Of a DNA stretch of 64,000 nucleotides, positions 35,844 through 45,635 are shown one piece after another. The translations under genes and the position numbers were made by a program. The notes below the pieces were generated by a model. It was not told the DNA's origin and did not search any database. It saw only the letters and a program-made list of their open reading frames with translations. Source of the stretch: Chitinophaga pinensis (GTDB lineage Bacteria; Bacteroidota; Bacteroidia; Chitinophagales; CAIOSU01); the NCBI GenBank assembly GCA_945901065.1, contig CAMDKI010000011.1:16149-80148 (forward strand). Direction: 5' to 3'. Position 1 is the first letter of the stretch; the number at the start of each line of letters is the position of its first letter.

Positions 35844-37340
35844 TTAAGATGCAACAAAGGTAGCAGCTTTTTGGTTTAGCTCGGCTGATTGGGGCACATT
35901 GGCTTGGTCGCCCAACTTCATTATAAGGCAAGTTAAATCATCATCATAATTTTCTTGTTGCACAAATCGCCTCAAATCGAGTTGTAAATGGCGCAGCATG
36001 CTTTCTGGTTGCAAGTGCTTATTGCTGTCAATAAAATCAGGTAGGCGTTGTTGTTCGTAAAGCACATCGTTTTTATCTGCAGCTTCAGATACGCCATCGG
36101 TATAGGCTATTAGCATATCGCCCGGTTTCAGTTGGACAACTTCGGTTTCAAAAAGATAGTTGTCATCAAAAAGACCGAGAATGGTTCCGCCCCTTTGTAG
36201 CAGTTGGCTCTGGTCATTTTTGGCATTTACTATTATAGGGGCAGGATGCCCGCAGTTTACGCTTTCTAGTTGCTGGGTTGTTTGGTTATAAACCCCTACC
36301 CAACCAGTAATAAACCGGCCATCTTCCATGATGCGGCAAAGCACGCCATTGAGTCTAGTTACAAACTGGTCAAGGCGGAAGTGCGTAGTGTTGTTTAAAT
36401 GCGTTTCGATGTAAGAATGCAACGTTGATACCATTATTGATGCCGGCAAACCTTTGCCCGACACATCGGCCACTACAACCAAAAACCGGTCTTTATCTAC
36501 TTTCCGCACATTATAGTAATCTCCTCCCACTTCTCTCGACCATTGCATAAAAGCCGCCACTTCTGCTGCTTCAATTTTGGGCAGTTGTTCCGGAATCAAG
36601 CGCTCCATTACCTTTTTTGCCAATTGCAACTCTTGAGTAAACTGGTCGTTGTGCTGCCTAACCTTGTTTAGCAGGCCCATTATCTTGTCTTCGTAGCGCT
36701 TGTTCTCGGTTTGGTAAAAGGAAATACTGCCGTACATAAAAAACAATAGCACCATGGGCATTACAGTAGCTTGGTAGTATTGGTGAAAAACCAGACCAAA
36801 CTGTGCATGGCCTACCCCGCAAACATCATGAACAAAATCGAAAAGCAACAGGCATACTACGTTTATGCCAAGTGCCAGATAAAACATAAACCGTTCGCTT
36901 ATATCAATTAAAAACAACGGAAGCAAACTAATAGCTACTAAATAGTAGCGCGGGGTGTAAAAGTGGTATTCGCTTACCACAAAATTGGTTGCGGTGCTAT
37001 ATACTTTAAGCATTACTATTATGACCAACACCATTAAAGGCATTAATACCCCAAAAACCAAACGGCTATACTTGGTAAAACCTAGGTGGTTGAGGCTCAA
37101 AGCCAAAACAGGGATGACCATTATGGAACCAACTAGGTAGGTAACATCTTCATTTCCGTTTGCTAAAGAAAATATAAACGTAATTAATGCCGAAATGGAA
37201 AAAGTGATAATGCTGAGCCTGTTGGATAATTGTATTTTCTTGCGTACCCTGTTTTCGGTATCGCTACGTATACCTAGCTCTGATATGGTGGCCCATAGCT
37301 TGCCGTACCTTTGCGTAATATTGTTTAAAGCTCCATCCAT
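35844..37340 (-). CDS. Membrane-bound PP2C-type (SpoIIE/RsbU family) serine phosphatase
   Basis: 498 aa. A polytopic N-terminal half is followed by GGDYY, VADVSGKGLPASI, CGHPAPI and AYTDGVSEA. Confidence 0.85.
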   Translation of the reverse strand: MDGALNNITQRYGKLWATISELGIRSDTENRVRKKIQLSNRLSIITFSISALITFIFSLANGNEDVTYLVGSIMVIPVLALSLNHLGFTKYSRLVFGVLMPLMVLVIIVMLKVYSTATNFVVSEYHFYTPRYYLVAISLLPLFLIDISERFMFYLALGINVVCLLLFDFVHDVCGVGHAQFGLVFHQYYQATVMPMVLLFFMYGSISFYQTENKRYEDKIMGLLNKVRQHNDQFTQELQLAKKVMERLIPEQLPKIEAAEVAAFMQWSREVGGDYYNVRKVDKDRFLVVVADVSGKGLPASIMVSTLHSYIETHLNNTTHFRLDQFVTRLNGVLCRIMEDGRFITGWVGVYNQTTQQLESVNCGHPAPIIVNAKNDQSQLLQRGGTILGLFDDNYLFETEVVQLKPGDMLIAYTDGVSEAADKNDVLYEQQRLPDFIDSNKHLQPESMLRHLQLDLRRFVQQENYDDDLTCLIMKLGDQANVPQSAELNQKAATFVAS

Positions 37341-37386
37341 CGAATCGTGCCCTTAAGGTAAGCAGGTTATATAACGTAGGGAGGAG

Positions 37387-37421
37387 CAAAAGGTTTGTAT
37401 GGATAACACATAAACCTTTTG
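37387..37421 (-). terminator. Hairpin, possible terminator/processing site between lipoprotein and phosphatase genes
   Basis: A 10-bp perfect stem CAAAAGGTTT / AAACCTTTTG with a 15-nt loop and no clear U-run. Confidence 0.35.
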
Positions 37422-37445
37422 TTAAACTAACTTTGGCCTTAATTA

Positions 37446-38495
37446 TTACGGTATAACTGTATTTATTGTCGATTGCAAATCAACAACACCATTAACACTC
37501 AGATTAAATGGCTTATCGAAAGGAAACTGGATATACTCTCCAGGCTGCGGAACCAAATCGGCATTAGTATCGTAAATTACGTTCAAATAATAACTGCCGG
37601 GGTGCATATAATCAAACTGGTAGCTGCTAGCTTGCGCGCCCTTGAGCAGCACATATCGAGATCGATATTTTAAATTTGCAGGCACATATTGAAACCCGCT
37701 AAACAACGGCTGAGTAGTAATAATGACAATGACCTGCGCCCCAGCTTGGGTTTGCACCGCACTGCCAAAACTGCAGGTAACATTAGTTTGCCCCAAATAT
37801 GGATGCTCCGCTTGTGGATAGGGATCAACTTGGTTGCCGTAATACACCGCCTCAGATACGTTGTTGAAGGTAGTTGAAAAGTCTTTCACTTCTTGCTTTT
37901 TAGGGAAATTAAAGTGCTGCTTGCTTTCTGCAACCGACGAAGTGTCTACGCGCTTTGCGTTCCATTGCATGTGCATAGTTGGGGCCGAAAGCGAATTGTA
38001 TTTGTTGGTAAAGGTTTGCATATACACGCTATCGTTTCTGAAGCGAAACTCGACAAACAGGCGGTTCACGCCAGCCTTAAAATCAACAAACCGATAGTAC
38101 CGCTCCAATCCGCTACTATAGCTACTATCGCAGCGGGCATAGCTTACCCGCTGCTGCCCAGCAAACCCACCACCATTGCGAAAAGCCATAACATACTTTT
38201 GCTCGAATTTGGCTATAAAAAAGCCCATAAAAATATCGTTTACAGTATCCAGTTCGGCCTTACCCGAAAGTTGGGCAGGCGATACAGGCCTAAAATCAAC
38301 TATCCATTCAGGGTAGCTACCTAGTGGGGTTGTAGAGCTTACCGGGCCATCCCAAATCCCCGAAAAGTCGCTCAAAATGCCATAGCCCAATACGTTGGTG
38401 GTATCGTTTATGGGGTCGAGAGTATCGTCATCTTTAGGAGTGTTTTTATCACAAGCGCTGGCAAGCAACAAAATGAATAACCAAGCATATTTCAT
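37446..38495 (-). CDS. Hypothetical lipoprotein
   Basis: ATG at 38495 gives MKYAWLFILLLASACDKN (lipobox). I recognise no domain. Confidence 0.6.
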   Translation of the reverse strand: MKYAWLFILLLASACDKNTPKDDDTLDPINDTTNVLGYGILSDFSGIWDGPVSSTTPLGSYPEWIVDFRPVSPAQLSGKAELDTVNDIFMGFFIAKFEQKYVMAFRNGGGFAGQQRVSYARCDSSYSSGLERYYRFVDFKAGVNRLFVEFRFRNDSVYMQTFTNKYNSLSAPTMHMQWNAKRVDTSSVAESKQHFNFPKKQEVKDFSTTFNNVSEAVYYGNQVDPYPQAEHPYLGQTNVTCSFGSAVQTQAGAQVIVIITTQPLFSGFQYVPANLKYRSRYVLLKGAQASSYQFDYMHPGSYYLNVIYDTNADLVPQPGEYIQFPFDKPFNLSVNGVVDLQSTINTVIP

Positions 38496-39115
38496 TGGGC
38501 AATGTTTACAACAAAAATAGCGACAATTTAAATGCACTATTTCAATAACCATAAACATAACCTCTTTAAATGGACAGCTTTGTCATTATGGCAGGCGGTT
38601 GTGGTCGAATAATCCACTTTGGTAATTGTAAAAATCACTTTTAATCACTTGTTGCAACTATTTGGACAACTTATTATACATGTACCAAAAAAAATACACT
38701 TTTATCTCAAGCTTAAAATATTGAAAACTAAAGTGTTAGCTTTACATGCTGATAAACAATAGTAGCAAGTAAGTACGTTGATAGTAAATATTATGGAACT
38801 ATTAATATTTTTATTACAAGGCTAATTTTGCACAAAAGCGGATGAAAATTGCTTATTTTGTATTAGCTTTTAATTTAAGGATACGTATAATTACTTACAA
38901 CTAGCCGATAACAAAGTGTGGGTTGCCTTTACTTAGCCTGTTAATCTTGCCTCTAGCATTTTTGCTAGCAATGGGTTACTGCCAACGCTGTATAAAAGAC
39001 TGCGCATCGTGTTGGTGATTTAAAATGAGTAATGCTACAATTGAAACCAGAATAAAAGAAAAATAGTTAATAAAACATGGCAGATAGCATCTGCAAAAAT
39101 CCAGAAACGCGCTAT

Positions 39116-39589
39116 ATGAAAAGACTCTTACTCTTGTTGCTACTTGCCACGCCCATGTTTTCATTCGCGCAAAAAGTGGATTTGAACCTACTGCAAGGCG
39201 AATGGGTGCTAAGTGATATACAATCGAAAGATTCGGTTTGGGTAGCTGCCAACCCTGATGGACAAGGCACAGTTACGGCCAACGGCAAAACCATGACCAA
39301 AAACTATCAGGAGAAAAAAATGTCGTTGGTGGAATACATGCAGCAAAGCATGACCTGCGGATTGACCAAATTTGTGTTCAAAAGCACCGAATTTGAGTTT
39401 TACCGAAACAACGAACTCACGTTTGCAGGCAAGTTTATGGTTAAAGGCAATAAAATAATATTGGAATACCTGTCAGGGCCAGATGCAAAAACAAAGGAAA
39501 ATACCTTGGTCTCTTTGTCGGCCAATAAATTGGCACTTGCTTCCGAATCGAAAGAAAAGCCCGTACTGCTTACCTTTTCCAAGAAATAA
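39116..39589 (+). CDS. Small secreted hypothetical protein (lipocalin-like size)
   Basis: ATG at 39116 gives MKRLLLLLLLATPMFSFAQ. The mature part is ~140 aa with alternating beta-like pattern. The ORF-track start at 39077 is an extension. Confidence 0.55.
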   Translation: MKRLLLLLLLATPMFSFAQKVDLNLLQGEWVLSDIQSKDSVWVAANPDGQGTVTANGKTMTKNYQEKKMSLVEYMQQSMTCGLTKFVFKSTEFEFYRNNELTFAGKFMVKGNKIILEYLSGPDAKTKENTLVSLSANKLALASESKEKPVLLTFSKK

Positions 39590-39632
39590 ATCATCGCTTG
39601 TAACCGCTTGATATTAAAGGAAACTGAAACAG

Positions 39633-42600
39633 ATGAACAAACATATACTCACCATACTATTAACGCTTTCGTGCTTGAGTACCATAGCACAAAACGTTAA
39701 TTACCAGATATATACCACCCGGTACTATACCGGCAGGGGCAATTCGGATTTTTGGACAGACGATGACCCAAGGTGGGTAGTGTTGTTTTATGACAACACC
39801 GACGGTTATGTATCCGGACAAGGCGTGATACGCTCTATTGACAATGGCCTAGATGGTGCCGCTTGGGACGACCCTACCGACTTTTTATGTCGCACCGAGA
39901 ATAACACAGCAGCCACTTCTCTAAGGGTAAGGCTTGAAGCTTGGGAAGACGATGCGTGCGGGGGCTCAGATACCTACAACACAGGGTGCGCAAACAATGA
40001 TGAGGCCTATTGCAATATACTAAGTGGTAACATCAATTTTAGGTCGGATGCTATTTGTAACTGGAACACCTACAACATCTATTGCAACGGCAATTGGCAA
40101 GTAGATTATCGGGTAAGGTGGGAATGGGCCAATGCCCCTGCTATAACCAGCCAGCCCTCTCCTACCGACAGAAACTTGTGTATCGGCAATAACACCACGC
40201 TCACCGTAGTTGGCGATGCATCGGCAAGGTTTTACAAATGGCAGGTAAACACTAATACCGGCCTACCTCAAAGCCAATGCGCAACCAGTGGCTGGGCCGA
40301 TATTAGCGGTGCTACCAGCAGCAGCTACACCCCACCCCAAACAGCAGGAGCTAGACAATACCGGGTGCTAATAACCAGCAACTGTACTGCAGACTTTACC
40401 TCAAAAACAACTACTTCTAACTGCGTAAGGGTAAACTATTTTCCATACTCCCCCCCTATTATCAGCGCCGCTTGCGGAAACAGCATCTTTATTGGGTCTA
40501 CCCAAAGCTTTGCAGCTACTTTGCCCCCGGCGGTTGGCGCCATAGGCAATGGTTCATACGTGTGGACGGTAAGCCCAACTACTGGTGTAACTATTGCAAC
40601 TGCTACCAGTTCATCAACCAACATTACTTTTGCCAGTGCGGGCAGTTTTACCGTAACCCTAACTACCGATGATAGCGGAGGCCCTTGCAATACCACCAGC
40701 TCAAGCTGCACGGTAAACGTGAGTGCTCCCGATTGCGACTTTGTTTATGTAAATAGCTCCACCTCAAACACGTTAGTAGGCTCCTCTAACTCGCCAGTAA
40801 CACTTGCAGCAGGCATAGTGCTCGCTAGCGGCTCAGGTCGGAAGCACATTCGTATGGCCAGTGGCACTTATAATATAGCCACTATACTAGATATACCCGC
40901 CGACGTAATTATTGAAGGTGGCTACGTACAAACTGGCAATAACTGGACCAAAAGCAGCGCTGCTGTTACGAATATCAACTTTACCGGTGAGGAAACCACT
41001 AGCGGAGTAAGCCACCGAATGGGTTTCAGATCTAACGCATCGAATGGATGGACACTGCAAGACCTTACCATTAGCACAGCTTCCACAACATTAACAGGAA
41101 ACGACCCATCTGGGCGAGGTAAATCAAACTATGCTATTTGGATAAATAATTCTACTGGTACAAATATTGTACGCTGTGTTATTACTAGTGGTAATGCAAC
41201 AAATGGTGCCGCTGGAACAGCTGGTGGTGCTACAGGTGGCAACGGTTCCGCGGGAAATAATGGATCGCAAGGTACATGTGATGATAACATTTCAGGTGCC
41301 GCTGGCGGTGCCGCTCGCACAGGCCCAGGCTCTGGGACTAGAAAAGGTGGCGATGGTGGAGCTGGCGGCCGTGGTGGAAACTATGGCAATAACGCAGGGT
41401 TAGTTGGCTCATTAGGTACAAATGGTGGCGGTGGTGCAGCAAGAGACCCATCAGCAGGTACCGCTGGTGGCGGTGGCAACCCTGGAGGAACAGGAGGTAG
41501 TGCATCCGCATCGATTTCTACCTCACAAGCAAGTAATGGAATTGCAGGGACTCCAAGCTATACTGCGGGGTCAAGACCAACAAACTATTCTGCATCCACT
41601 TATTTCAACCCTGGCACACAAGCTGCAAATGGTGGTAATGGAACTGGCGGTGGCGGTGGCGCTGGCGGCGGCGGCGGCGGCGGACAAGGCTGTACGTTTT
41701 GTAACGATGGAAACGGAAATGGTGCTGGTGGCGGCGGTGCTGGTGGCGAGGGCGGCCAAGGCGGTGATGGAGGATTTGGCGGTGGCGGAAGCTTTACGGT
41801 GTACGTAACTGGAACGGCTCCAACATTTTCTACTACTAATTTAACTTTTGGAAGCGCTGGAGCTGGTGGCAATGGCCAAGGTGGTGGTGGTGGTGGAACT
41901 GGCGGTGACGGTGGAACTGGAGGAAGCACTTGTACTGGTGAAGTGGGACGAGGTGGTAATGGAAGTAAAGGTGGCGCTGGTGGTGCTGGAGGCCGTGGCC
42001 AAGATGGTGCAAATGGTTTAACTGGAGCTTATTTTTTAAATGGCTCAGTGCAAAACAATCCATCAACAACGGTAGCCAACCCAACCAATGCACTCATAGT
42101 TAACTATGATAATACCAAAGGCTGTACCAACTCGGTAATTAACTTAACCAAAGCAAATGGCAATTGGAGCAGTTATGGCACCGGCGGCGATGAAGTATTT
42201 GATATTACCAGCGCCCTCTCAAGCCAGAATGTTACGGCTACCAATATATCTGTTTACTATTCAACTGGCTCAACTGGCTGGAAGGATGTATCAACTACTA
42301 CCGATACCCGTGCCCGGTTACTATTAATCTCAACTGATAGAACCCCGCCGGTAATTAACGGAATCACCTCGCCTATTTGCGCCGATGGTAGTTTAAGCCT
42401 TACTGTTACTGCAAATAGCCCATCGAGTGTGGTGGCCTATGAGTGGACCATACAAGCACAATCGGTGACTGGATTGAGTACCCCAACACCTATTCTTACT
42501 TCGAGCAGCGCTACCCCAACCTTTGCTTTCCCTAATGCTGGCTCATCCAACATTACATATCAAGTAAAGCTCAGGGTGCAAGACCAATGCTGTGGCTGGT

Positions 42601-44006
42601 CAATTCCGGTGTTTGGTTTCGTAACCGTAGCACCCGACCCCACTCCACCAACCGCAACCAAGAGCCCAACGGATGCAATTGTTTGCGAAGGTCAGACCCT
42701 GACGCTAACCAACCCTACATCGGGGTTAGGCGGAGCAGGCACTTGCAGTTTCGAATATAGGTATAATGACGGTTCTGGTTTCGGCGCTTGGAGTGGCACA
42801 GTGCCTAGTTTTGCGGCCGTACAAGGCACCAACACCATTGAAATACGCACCAACTGCAACGGCACTGGTTGCGATGTGAGCGATGAAACCGCTTATAGTT
42901 GGACAGTAGCCGCCGACCCTGCTTTGCCTTCGGCAACAGCATCGCCAAACATTGATACCGTATGCGTTGGAGCAACCCTTACTCTTACTGGGGTAAGCCT
43001 AGGCCAAGGTGGAACGGGCACTTGCACACTGGAGTATGCCTCCTCAACCAACGGTGGCAGCACCTATACTGCTTGGAGCAGCACGTTGCCATCTTTAACC
43101 GCAACGGGTACCGATAATCGCATTAAAGTGCGCAGCAGCTGTACTGGTTTGGGTTGCGGCACCTCGCTTGAGGCGGTGTTTATCTGGAACATCAAACCAG
43201 ACCCGATAGCCCCAACCATTACCAAAAACCCTACCGATGCCACCGTTTGCGTTGGTGCTACGGTAGCGGCTAGCGTTACGGCCTTTGGTACCGGCGGCGC
43301 TGGTAGCTGCCAGGACGAATTGCGCTACAGTATTGATAACGGCGCTAACTGGAGCGCTTGGGGCACCACTATACCTTCGGTAGTGACCACGGCAGCTGGT
43401 ACGTTCATTATCGAAAGCCGACGCAATTGCCCTGCATCTGGTTGCAACTCCAACGTAAATAGCGTGAGCTGGACCGTTGTTGCCGACCCAACCATACTTA
43501 CCCAGCCAATAAACGGAACGGCCTGTTATAACGGCACCCATACCCTTACCGTTGCGGCTGCAGGCGGTGTGGGCACCTTTAGTTACCAGTGGCAAGAATC
43601 GACTACAGGTTGCGGTGGTAGCTTTACCAACGTGGGTACCAACTCAACTAGCTACACTACCGGTACGCTTACCGCAGCCAGGTATTATAGGGTAGTTGTT
43701 TCGCAAACGGGCAATGCCTGTAGCAATGTTACTTCAAACTGTGTAACGGTCTCGGTGCAGAGCAATTTAGCTTCATCAACATGGAACGGCAACGTAAGCA
43801 CCGATTGGTATAATCCTGCCAACTGGAGTAACTGTGTACCAGGCGATAATACCAATGCCATAATACCTGCTGGAAGGCCAAGGTATCCGCAAATTGTTAC
43901 CACCTCGCCACTTTATAATGGCAATGCAACTTGCAAAACCATAAACATAGCCAATGGCGCTACAGTAGATATTAAAGGTAACGCAGTGCTAGATGTGCTA
44001 AACTAA
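39633..44006 (+). CDS. Giant secreted surface protein with Cys-rich N-domain, Ig-like Cys-containing repeats, beta-helix-like segment and PGRS-like glycine-rich core
   Basis: 1457 aa. Signal peptide MNKHILTILLTLSCLSTIAQ. There is a glycine-rich region at nt ~41187-42030 and four ~90-aa repeats at nt ~42626-43757 (xDPxxPxxxxxPxxxxxCxGxxxTLT...W...C). It ends at a strong terminator and no T9SS CTD pattern is visible. Confidence 0.85.
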   Translation: MNKHILTILLTLSCLSTIAQNVNYQIYTTRYYTGRGNSDFWTDDDPRWVVLFYDNTDGYVSGQGVIRSIDNGLDGAAWDDPTDFLCRTENNTAATSLRVRLEAWEDDACGGSDTYNTGCANNDEAYCNILSGNINFRSDAICNWNTYNIYCNGNWQVDYRVRWEWANAPAITSQPSPTDRNLCIGNNTTLTVVGDASARFYKWQVNTNTGLPQSQCATSGWADISGATSSSYTPPQTAGARQYRVLITSNCTADFTSKTTTSNCVRVNYFPYSPPIISAACGNSIFIGSTQSFAATLPPAVGAIGNGSYVWTVSPTTGVTIATATSSSTNITFASAGSFTVTLTTDDSGGPCNTTSSSCTVNVSAPDCDFVYVNSSTSNTLVGSSNSPVTLAAGIVLASGSGRKHIRMASGTYNIATILDIPADVIIEGGYVQTGNNWTKSSAAVTNINFTGEETTSGVSHRMGFRSNASNGWTLQDLTISTASTTLTGNDPSGRGKSNYAIWINNSTGTNIVRCVITSGNATNGAAGTAGGATGGNGSAGNNGSQGTCDDNISGAAGGAARTGPGSGTRKGGDGGAGGRGGNYGNNAGLVGSLGTNGGGGAARDPSAGTAGGGGNPGGTGGSASASISTSQASNGIAGTPSYTAGSRPTNYSASTYFNPGTQAANGGNGTGGGGGAGGGGGGGQGCTFCNDGNGNGAGGGGAGGEGGQGGDGGFGGGGSFTVYVTGTAPTFSTTNLTFGSAGAGGNGQGGGGGGTGGDGGTGGSTCTGEVGRGGNGSKGGAGGAGGRGQDGANGLTGAYFLNGSVQNNPSTTVANPTNALIVNYDNTKGCTNSVINLTKANGNWSSYGTGGDEVFDITSALSSQNVTATNISVYYSTGSTGWKDVSTTTDTRARLLLISTDRTPPVINGITSPICADGSLSLTVTANSPSSVVAYEWTIQAQSVTGLSTPTPILTSSSATPTFAFPNAGSSNITYQVKLRVQDQCCGWSIPVFGFVTVAPDPTPPTATKSPTDAIVCEGQTLTLTNPTSGLGGAGTCSFEYRYNDGSGFGAWSGTVPSFAAVQGTNTIEIRTNCNGTGCDVSDETAYSWTVAADPALPSATASPNIDTVCVGATLTLTGVSLGQGGTGTCTLEYASSTNGGSTYTAWSSTLPSLTATGTDNRIKVRSSCTGLGCGTSLEAVFIWNIKPDPIAPTITKNPTDATVCVGATVAASVTAFGTGGAGSCQDELRYSIDNGANWSAWGTTIPSVVTTAAGTFIIESRRNCPASGCNSNVNSVSWTVVADPTILTQPINGTACYNGTHTLTVAAAGGVGTFSYQWQESTTGCGGSFTNVGTNSTSYTTGTLTAARYYRVVVSQTGNACSNVTSNCVTVSVQSNLASSTWNGNVSTDWYNPANWSNCVPGDNTNAIIPAGRPRYPQIVTTSPLYNGNATCKTINIANGATVDIKGNAVLDVLN
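41187..42030 (+). repeat. Glycine-rich low-complexity coding region (GGxGG-type) with a (GGC)6 microsatellite at 41664-41681
   Basis: The translation is dominated by motifs such as GGDGGAGGRGG, GGGGAGGGGGGGQG, GGQGGDGGFGGGGS and GGTGGDGGTGGS. The minus strand gives a mirror poly-Pro ORF. Confidence 0.9.
42626..43757 (+). repeat. Four tandem ~90-aa Cys-containing Ig-like repeats within the giant protein
   Basis: Each repeat starts xDPxxPxxT and contains C.G.T(L/V)T...GG.G.C...W(S/G)...C..(S/T)GC...W(T/N)(V/I). Confidence 0.8.
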
Positions 44007-44029
44007 AGTTAAATAATACTGCCACTTGA

Positions 44030-44069
44030 TGGAAGCCTTGGTTAGCACTAACCAAGGCTTCCACTTTTT
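44030..44069 (+). terminator. Rho-independent terminator after the giant surface-protein gene
   Basis: GGAAGCCTTGGTTAG-CA-CTAACCAAGGCTTCC, with perfect 15-nt arms, followed by ACTTTTTGG. Confidence 0.85.
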
Positions 44070-44148
44070 GGGGCCACCATAACAATTGGCTATTTACTAA
44101 ATACCAATTACTTAACCCCAAATGGTTGCTTTCCAGCATCCTATTTGG

Positions 44149-44156
44149 TAGCTTTG
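44149..44156 (+). promoter_or_regulatory. Candidate -7 promoter box (TAGCTTTG) for ahcY
   Basis: An exact match to TAnnTTTG lies 31 nt upstream of the GTG at 44187, inside the longest possible ORF extension. Confidence 0.3.
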
Positions 44157-44186
44157 CAAACGATTTTAGAAACTAAACAATATACC

Positions 44187-45497
44187 GTGTTGGAAACTAC
44201 TAAACTTAAGTACAAAGTAAAAGACATTTCTTTGGCCGAATGGGGTCGTAAAGAAATTGAATTGGCTGAAGCTGAAATGCCAGGTTTGATGGCTTTGCGT
44301 GAGCAGTATGGCAAAGAAAAACCTTTGAAAGGTGCGCGTGTTGCTGGTTGCTTGCATATGACTATTCAAACTGCCGTGTTGATTGAAACATTGGTAGAGC
44401 TTGGTGCTGAAGTAACTTGGAGTAGCTGCAATATTTTCTCAACTCAAGACCACGCTGCCGCTGCTATTGCTGCTGCTGGTGTTGCAGTATACGCTTGGAA
44501 AGGCCTAAGCGAAGAAGAGTTTGATTGGTGCATTGAGCAAACTTTGTTTTTTGGCGAAGACAACCAGCCATTGAACATGATTTTGGACGACGGTGGCGAT
44601 TTGACCAACATGGTACTTGACCGTTACCCTGAATTGGTAAAAGGCATCCGTGGTATCAGCGAAGAAACCACTACTGGTGTGCACCGCTTATACGAGCGCG
44701 TGAAAAAAGGTACCTTACCAATGCCTGCTATCAACATCAACGATTCGGTTACTAAATCGAAATTTGATAACAAATATGGTTGCAAAGAGTCTTTGGTAGA
44801 TTCTATTCGCCGCGCTACTGACGTAATGATGGCTGGTAAAGTAGCTGTTGTTGCTGGTTATGGCGACGTAGGTAAAGGTTCTGCCGCTTCGTTGCGCGGT
44901 GCCGGTGCCCGTGTTATTGTTACCGAAATTGACCCGATTTGCGCCTTACAAGCTGCTATGGACGGTTTTGCCGTTCAACCTATGGCAAAAGCAGTACCTC
45001 AAGCCGATATAGTGGTAACTGCTACGGGTAACAAAGACATTATCCGTGCGGAGCACTTTAAATTGATGAAAGACAAAGCCATTGTTTGTAACATTGGACA
45101 CTTTGATAATGAGATTGACGTTGCTTGGTTGAAAAAACACTATGGCAACACCCACATCAACATTAAGCCACAAGTAGACAAGTACACCATCGACGGAAAA
45201 GACATTCTGTTGTTGGCTGAAGGCCGCTTGGTAAACCTTGGTTGCGCTACTGGCCACCCATCGTTTGTAATGAGTAACTCATTTACCAACCAAACTTTGG
45301 CACAACTAGAGCTTTGGAAAAATAGCGAAAATTACGGCAACGACGTTTACGTATTGCCTAAGCACTTGGATGAAATGGTTGCCCGCTTGCACCTTGCTAA
45401 AATTGGTGTTGAGTTAGAAACCCTTCGCGACGACCAAGCCGAATACATTGGCGTACCGGTTGCCGGCCCTTACAAGCCAGAGTACTACCGCTACTAG
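44187..45497 (+). CDS. ahcY: Adenosylhomocysteinase
   Basis: [31 protein letters not shown], the NAD site [12 protein letters not shown] and the C-terminal PYKPEYYRY are present. There is no ATG upstream. Candidate starts are GTG 44187, TTG 44190 or TTG 44145. A TAGCTTTG -7 box at 44149-44156 favours the downstream starts. Confidence 0.9.
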   Translation: MLETTKLKYKVKDISLAEWGRKEIELAEAEMPGLMALREQYGKEKPLKGARVAGCLHMTIQTAVLIETLVELGAEVTWSSCNIFSTQDHAAAAIAAAGVAVYAWKGLSEEEFDWCIEQTLFFGEDNQPLNMILDDGGDLTNMVLDRYPELVKGIRGISEETTTGVHRLYERVKKGTLPMPAININDSVTKSKFDNKYGCKESLVDSIRRATDVMMAGKVAVVAGYGDVGKGSAASLRGAGARVIVTEIDPICALQAAMDGFAVQPMAKAVPQADIVVTATGNKDIIRAEHFKLMKDKAIVCNIGHFDNEIDVAWLKKHYGNTHINIKPQVDKYTIDGKDILLLAEGRLVNLGCATGHPSFVMSNSFTNQTLAQLELWKNSENYGNDVYVLPKHLDEMVARLHLAKIGVELETLRDDQAEYIGVPVAGPYKPEYYRY

Positions 45498-45537
45498 TAG
45501 TTGGTTGATTAGTTATTAGTTAATTGGTTATTTGCTA
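45496..45537. repeat. Heptamer array (TTGGTTA dialect), solo arm
   Basis: Reads AGTAGTT GGTTGAT TAGTTAT TAGTTAA TTGGTTA TTTGCTA and begins within the ahcY stop codon. Confidence 0.8.
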
Positions 45538-45577
45538 GCCGCGCCTTGGGCGAGGGTTATTTGGTAACTGTGAATAA

Positions 45578-45613
45578 TAAAAACGGCCCCAAGAATTTCT
45601 GGGGCCGTTTTTA
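45578..45613. terminator. Bidirectional rho-independent terminator between ahcY and the hybrid kinase gene
   Basis: AAAAACGGCCCCA-AGAATTTC-TGGGGCCGTTTTT: an 8-bp GC-rich stem flanked by A5 and T5. Confidence 0.85.
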
Positions 45614-45635
45614 TTTATGTCAACTCCTTAATTGT

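Noticed and set aside
35421-37340. The PP2C phosphatase and queD, 15 nt apart, as a functional unit.
   Set aside because: Adjacency alone is not enough. There is no known link between queuosine synthesis and PP2C signalling, no partner STAS or anti-sigma genes are present, and operon compaction is the more likely explanation.
41600-41929. A 109-aa proline-rich ORF on the minus strand (PPVPPPPPPWPLPP...) and neighbouring antisense ORFs.
   Set aside because: It is the mirror image of the GGN-rich codons of the glycine-rich core of the plus-strand giant gene, so it is an antisense artefact.
44070-44186. An SAH riboswitch upstream of ahcY.
   Set aside because: The leader is AT-rich with no GC-rich pseudoknot-forming segments, and a plain -7 promoter box fits better.
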